Source: Dehalococcoidia bacterium
GTDB taxonomy: Bacteria > Chloroflexota > Dehalococcoidia > Bin125
Assembly: GCA_963663895.2 (NCBI GenBank)
Contig: CAXXRD010000002.1
Span: 160,001 to 224,000, forward strand
Direction of reading: 5' to 3'
Length of the DNA stretch: 64,000 bases
Shown here piece after piece: positions 59,754 to 64,000 of the stretch. Both the position numbers and the translations under genes were made by a program. The first letter of the stretch is position 1, and the number at the start of each line of letters is the position of its first letter. A model generated the notes under the pieces. The model made no database searches, was not told where the DNA came from, and saw nothing but the letters and a program-made list of their open reading frames with translations.

Positions 59754-60599
59754 ATGACTACGCCGAGCGAAGCCCGGCCTGCCCGCGCCTGCGGCGCCCC
59801 CGAGCCTGATCACGCCGGGCAGCACGATGCGCGCCGATTCGCGACGGAACACGACGACAAAGTAGAGCTCGGCGTCCCCAGCCTGGTGTGGGGGCCGGGC
59901 CAGACACGGCGTATCTCCCTGATTGCGGGCCGGATCCCGCTGGCGCAGCGCCGGATCCTCGATATCGGCTGTGGGGTAGGGGAATACGTGCGGCATCTGC
60001 GCGCGTTGCCGGCCAGCGTGGTCGGGATCGATGTCGACGTGCAGCGCGTGCACGCGGGCGCGCACGGCGGCGATGGCGTGCCAGACCTCCTCGTGGGCGC
60101 GGCCGAAGCGCTGCCGTTCGCCGCGGGCACCTTCGACGTCGTGCTCCTCAACGAGGTGATCGAGCACGTGCAGGACGATCGCGCCACGCTGGAGGAAGCG
60201 CTACGCATCCTGCCCCCCGGCGGGCATATCGTGATCTACGCACCCAACCGGCTGTTCCCGTTCGAAACGCACGGCGTGTACTGGCGGGGAGCCTACCGGT
60301 TCGGCAACTACCCGCTGATCAACTACTTGCCCACTGCCCTGCGGGATCAACTGGTGCCACATGCGCGCGCTTACACCCGCGGCGACATTACGCAGCTGCT
60401 ACGCGGACTGGATGCCCGCGTGTTGGTGCACACAGCGGTCTATCCCAGCTTCGACAGGATTCGCTCGCGAAACAACGCGCTGGGCAGGCTGCTGCAGACC
60501 GTCTTCCACCAAGCGGAGGAGACGCCACTGCGCTGGCTGGGGTTGAGCCATCTCGTGATCCTGGAGAAGCCGGACGACGCTGGCGGGGCGGCCGTGTGA
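59754..60599 (+). CDS. Class I SAM-dependent methyltransferase
   Basis: ILDIGCGVG, AEALPF, EVIEHV, PNRLFPFETHG. Confidence 0.88.
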   Translation: MTTPSEARPARACGAPEPDHAGQHDARRFATEHDDKVELGVPSLVWGPGQTRRISLIAGRIPLAQRRILDIGCGVGEYVRHLRALPASVVGIDVDVQRVHAGAHGGDGVPDLLVGAAEALPFAAGTFDVVLLNEVIEHVQDDRATLEEALRILPPGGHIVIYAPNRLFPFETHGVYWRGAYRFGNYPLINYLPTALRDQLVPHARAYTRGDITQLLRGLDARVLVHTAVYPSFDRIRSRNNALGRLLQTVFHQAEETPLRWLGLSHLVILEKPDDAGGAAV

Positions 60600-63493
60600 A
60601 GCAGGTCCAACAATCGATCCGCGCACGGCGACTGCGACAGCGGCACCTGCTCTTGCAGCGGCGCCGGCGCGAGCGGGAGCGCTCAAAAAGGAAGCGCACG
60701 GTTCCGCTTTGGTGGTGGGGGCCGATCGGGATCCTCGCCATCGGCATCATCGTGGCGGGGAGCGCCGCGGGCGCGGCATACGGTGTCTACCTCTCGTATG
60801 CGGATGATCTGGTGGAGCCGGACGCGATCTTAGTGACCGAGTCCGTGCTGGGCACGAGCAAGGTGTTCGACCACGGCGGCCCCGACGAGGGGAAGCTGTT
60901 GTTCGAGTTCGCGGACCCGCTATCGGGCCTGCGGAATCCAGTGCGCATCGACGAGATCTCGTCCCAGCTAATCAACGCGACGGTGAGCACGGAGGATGCA
61001 TCGTTCTTCGAAAACCGCGGGGTCAACTTCCGCGGCCTGCTACGCGCCGGCGTCGAGAATCTGGGGTTGAACGAAGCGGAGTTCTTGGAGGGATCGGGGG
61101 GGTCATCGATCACGCAGCAACTGGTGAAGAACGTCCTGATCCCGGTCGAGGAGCGGACCGAGCGCAGCGTGAGCCGCAAAATCAAAGAGACGATCCTCGC
61201 CGTCGAGCTCACCAATCAATTCTCCAAGGCGCAGATCCTGGAGTGGTACCTCAACACGATCTTCTACGGGAACCTGGCCTACGGGGTTGGGGCGGCGAGC
61301 CTGCGCTACTTCGACAAGCCTCCCTCCGCGCTCACACTGTCGGAGGCGGCGCTGCTGGCGGGGCTGCCACAGGCTCCCGCGACATATGACCCGTTCACCA
61401 GTCTGCGCCTGGCCAAGGCGCGACAGGCGGAGGTCCTAGACCTCATGGTCCAGCACGGCTACATCTCGCAACTGCAAGCCGAGCTCGCGAAGAACGAGCC
61501 GCTGCAATTCGCGAACCAAGAGTTCGACATCGTCGCCCCCCACTTCGTCTTCTACGTGCGTGATCGCATCGAGGCCCTCTGCCAGCGCGGGCGCATCAGC
61601 TTCACGGCCGAGATCTACGAGTGCTCGGACCTGCTGACCCACGGCGGTCTGCGGATCACCACGACGCTTGACCCGGAGATGCAGGCGATCGGCGAGGAGA
61701 TTTTGCGCCGGGACCTGGCTTCGTTCGAGGAGCAAACGGGCGCGCGCAACGCGGCGCTCGTCGCGATCCACCCCAAGACAGGCGAGATCTTGGCGATGGT
61801 GGGGAGCCGTGATTTCTTCCGCGAGGACATTGAGGGGCAGGTGAATCTGGCGACCAGCCTGAACTCGCCCGGGTCCGCCTTCAAGCCCATCACGTACGTG
61901 GCCGGATTCATCCAGGATCCCGAACGCTGGAACCCTGCAACGATCCTGTGGGACGTTCCCCTCGCTTACGAGGAAGTCGATGGCACGATTTTCTCGCCGG
62001 TGAACTTCGACGGGATCGATCGGGGGCCGGTCTCGGTCCGAAGCGCGCTGGCCAACTCGATGAACATCCCGGCGTTCCGGGCCGCGGACACGATCGGCGT
62101 GACTCACGTACTGGACATTGCGCACCGGATGGGGATCACGTCGATGCGCGATCCGAGCCAGTTCGGGCCATCGATCACGCTGGGCGGCGGCGACGTCTCC
62201 CTTCTCGACCTGGCCTACGCCTACAGCGTGCTGGCCAACAACGGCGTGATGCGCGGGCAGCGGACAGCCTCCGATCTCCCGATCGGCCATCGTGAGCTGG
62301 ACCCGATCGCGATTCTGGAGATCAGCGATTCGCGCGGACGGCTGCTCTTCCAGCAGGACAGTCCGGCGCGGCGCCAGGTGATCCCGGCGCCGCAGGCCTA
62401 TCAGATCACCGACATCCTCGCGGATAACCCGGCTCGCTCGATCCTCTACGGACTGAACAGCACGCTCGTGCTCGACCGTCCCGCGGCGGCGAAGACAGGC
62501 ACCGCGGGCGATCCGCACCGGAACGACGTGCGCCGCGACTTCTGGACGGTGGGCTACACACCGGATCTGGTAGCGGGAGTATGGGTAGGCAACGCCGACA
62601 ACAGCCCGATGACGGGCGGAACCTCGTCGCGAACGGCGGGGCTCATCTGGCACGATTTCATGCGAGCCGCGCATGCGGGCACGCCACCATCGGAGTTCGC
62701 GGTGCCGGAGGGACTCACGACGGCGCAGGTGTACGTGCCACAGCTGACGCTGCTCAGCGGCGAGCGCCAAGGGGCGCCACCGCAGGACCCGTGCGCGCAC
62801 AAGACGACTGATCTGTTCATCCAAGGCGTCGTGCCGGAGATCGAGAACCAGATCTGCTTTGCGGCGGCGATCGATCGCACCACATTGCTGCTGGCAGACG
62901 AGACAACGGCCAACACGCAGATCGAGGAGGGCTTTTTCTTGATCCCGCCAGTGGAGGAGGGGCTCGCGGCGCCGGATGCGGCGATCTTGAACTGGCTGCG
63001 GAGCAACCAGGTCGTTTACGTCCGGCACGAGTCCGAGGGCGAGATCGGAAGCATCGCCGTGATCCACTCGCCGATCAACGGCGCGGTCCTCGACGGCGAC
63101 TTCGTGGTCGTGCAAGGCCGCGCCGGGGGAGACGCGGTAACGGGCTGGTCGCTCGCCTATGCGCCGGGCCCGGCTCCGCAGGACGAGGAATTCACGCCCA
63201 TCGTCGGCCTGGCGGGTCAAGGCATCAGCGGCCAACTGGAGCGTTGGGATATCCGTGGGCTGGAGCCGGGGGTTTACGTGCTGCGACTGATCGCGGAGAA
63301 CGACCTCTTCGGCGAGACGGTCGCCGATGTGCATGTGCGAATCACGGGCAACGCCGGGAGGGAAGGCGACGAGGAAGACACACCGCCCGCCGCCGAACCG
63401 GAAAGCGGGGACGATCCGAACGGCAACGCACCAGAAACAAGCGGTACTTCGGAATCCGCCGATCCCGAAGACGATTCAGCCGAACCTCCCTAA
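60596..63493 (+). CDS. Class A penicillin-binding protein (transglycosylase/transpeptidase)
   Basis: EDASFF, GGSSITQQLVKN, RKIKE; SAFK, SMN, KTG; C-terminal Ig-like domain and acidic tail. Confidence 0.93.
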   Translation: MKQVQQSIRARRLRQRHLLLQRRRRERERSKRKRTVPLWWWGPIGILAIGIIVAGSAAGAAYGVYLSYADDLVEPDAILVTESVLGTSKVFDHGGPDEGKLLFEFADPLSGLRNPVRIDEISSQLINATVSTEDASFFENRGVNFRGLLRAGVENLGLNEAEFLEGSGGSSITQQLVKNVLIPVEERTERSVSRKIKETILAVELTNQFSKAQILEWYLNTIFYGNLAYGVGAASLRYFDKPPSALTLSEAALLAGLPQAPATYDPFTSLRLAKARQAEVLDLMVQHGYISQLQAELAKNEPLQFANQEFDIVAPHFVFYVRDRIEALCQRGRISFTAEIYECSDLLTHGGLRITTTLDPEMQAIGEEILRRDLASFEEQTGARNAALVAIHPKTGEILAMVGSRDFFREDIEGQVNLATSLNSPGSAFKPITYVAGFIQDPERWNPATILWDVPLAYEEVDGTIFSPVNFDGIDRGPVSVRSALANSMNIPAFRAADTIGVTHVLDIAHRMGITSMRDPSQFGPSITLGGGDVSLLDLAYAYSVLANNGVMRGQRTASDLPIGHRELDPIAILEISDSRGRLLFQQDSPARRQVIPAPQAYQITDILADNPARSILYGLNSTLVLDRPAAAKTGTAGDPHRNDVRRDFWTVGYTPDLVAGVWVGNADNSPMTGGTSSRTAGLIWHDFMRAAHAGTPPSEFAVPEGLTTAQVYVPQLTLLSGERQGAPPQDPCAHKTTDLFIQGVVPEIENQICFAAAIDRTTLLLADETTANTQIEEGFFLIPPVEEGLAAPDAAILNWLRSNQVVYVRHESEGEIGSIAVIHSPINGAVLDGDFVVVQGRAGGDAVTGWSLAYAPGPAPQDEEFTPIVGLAGQGISGQLERWDIRGLEPGVYVLRLIAENDLFGETVADVHVRITGNAGREGDEEDTPPAAEPESGDDPNGNAPETSGTSESADPEDDSAEPP

Positions 63494-63507
63494 GAGCGAG
63501 GCCCGTG

Positions 63508-64000
63508 TCAAGGCCGCAACGCCTGCAGCTCCGCAACCGACTCGACCTCCCGGACGCTCGCTACGAAATCGCCGAGTGAATCGGAGCGCGCGCGCAACTC
63601 GCGCAGTAGCGGCCCGATCGGGCTACTGCTCTCAGGACGATCGCCGTAGATACCCTTGAACGCGAAAAAGGCTTGGTTGAGCCGGCGGAAAAAGCGACCG
63701 TGCCGGGCCGCCAGCTCTCGCCGCACCTCCTCCATCAGCGCCTCCGCTTCCGCGATCCGGCCATCCGCCAAGAGCCCGTCGACGTCACGACGCAGCTGAT
63801 TGAGCACAGCATCGCTCTCCGAACGATCCGGCCGCTCAGCCAGCGCATCAAGCCGGGGAGAAGCGGCGAAGACGAGCGCCGCGATCTCGTCGCCAACGAT
63901 GTCGGCGACCGTCTCGTTGATCGTCCGCAGGTCGTCACTAGCGAAAAAGGAGGCACCGAGCGGATAGAAGTAGAGATAGTGGTGCACCCATTCGTGCGCG
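63508..64000 (-). CDS. Putative zinc metallopeptidase, C-terminal part (runs off window end)
   Basis: AHEWVHHYL (HExxH) followed by NETVA; RRLNQAFFAF.G.Y. Confidence 0.7.
   Translation of the reverse strand, partial: AHEWVHHYLYFYPLGASFFASDDLRTINETVADIVGDEIAALVFAASPRLDALAERPDRSESDAVLNQLRRDVDGLLADGRIAEAEALMEEVRRELAARHGRFFRRLNQAFFAFKGIYGDRPESSSPIGPLLRELRARSDSLGDFVASVREVESVAELQALRP

Noticed and set aside
61436-63334. Long antisense ORFs (also 39376-41031, 16127-17593, 19691-20869)
   Set aside because: Shadow frames of well-conserved genes in high-GC DNA

Overview
High-GC bacterial chromosomal segment, most consistent with Chloroflexota (Dehalococcoidia/SAR202-like). The plant-type LRR surface protein suggests a host-associated organism such as a sponge symbiont; both assignments are inferences from gene content. 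The core content is F420 genes (cofE, npdG), a NitT/TauT-type ABC importer, a ferredoxin and a GltD/NfnA-like oxidoreductase, Mo/W genes (short ModE, MocA-like, CoxM-like, tupABC with a ModE-type box), hpnH-hpnG-hpnA, a thiolase with DUF35 partner, thiN, Ni-SOD (sodN/sodX), a CIRCE-preceded standalone groEL, argCJBDGH, rpe, rpmB, fakA/fakB, recG, argS, trpS, gatCA and a class A PBP. An accessory block at about 23-30 kb holds a co-oriented GmrSD(DUF262/DUF1524)-DUF6508-Fic cassette bounded by gene scars, followed by a large LRR/cadherin-like secreted protein. Many single-base frameshifts (argB, the LRR gene, and a dense cluster at 54.5-59.7 kb that breaks gatA/gatC) most likely reflect long-read consensus errors. 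No rRNA, tRNA, CRISPR array, transposase or integrase was recognised. All calls are by eye from motifs; no database searches were run.
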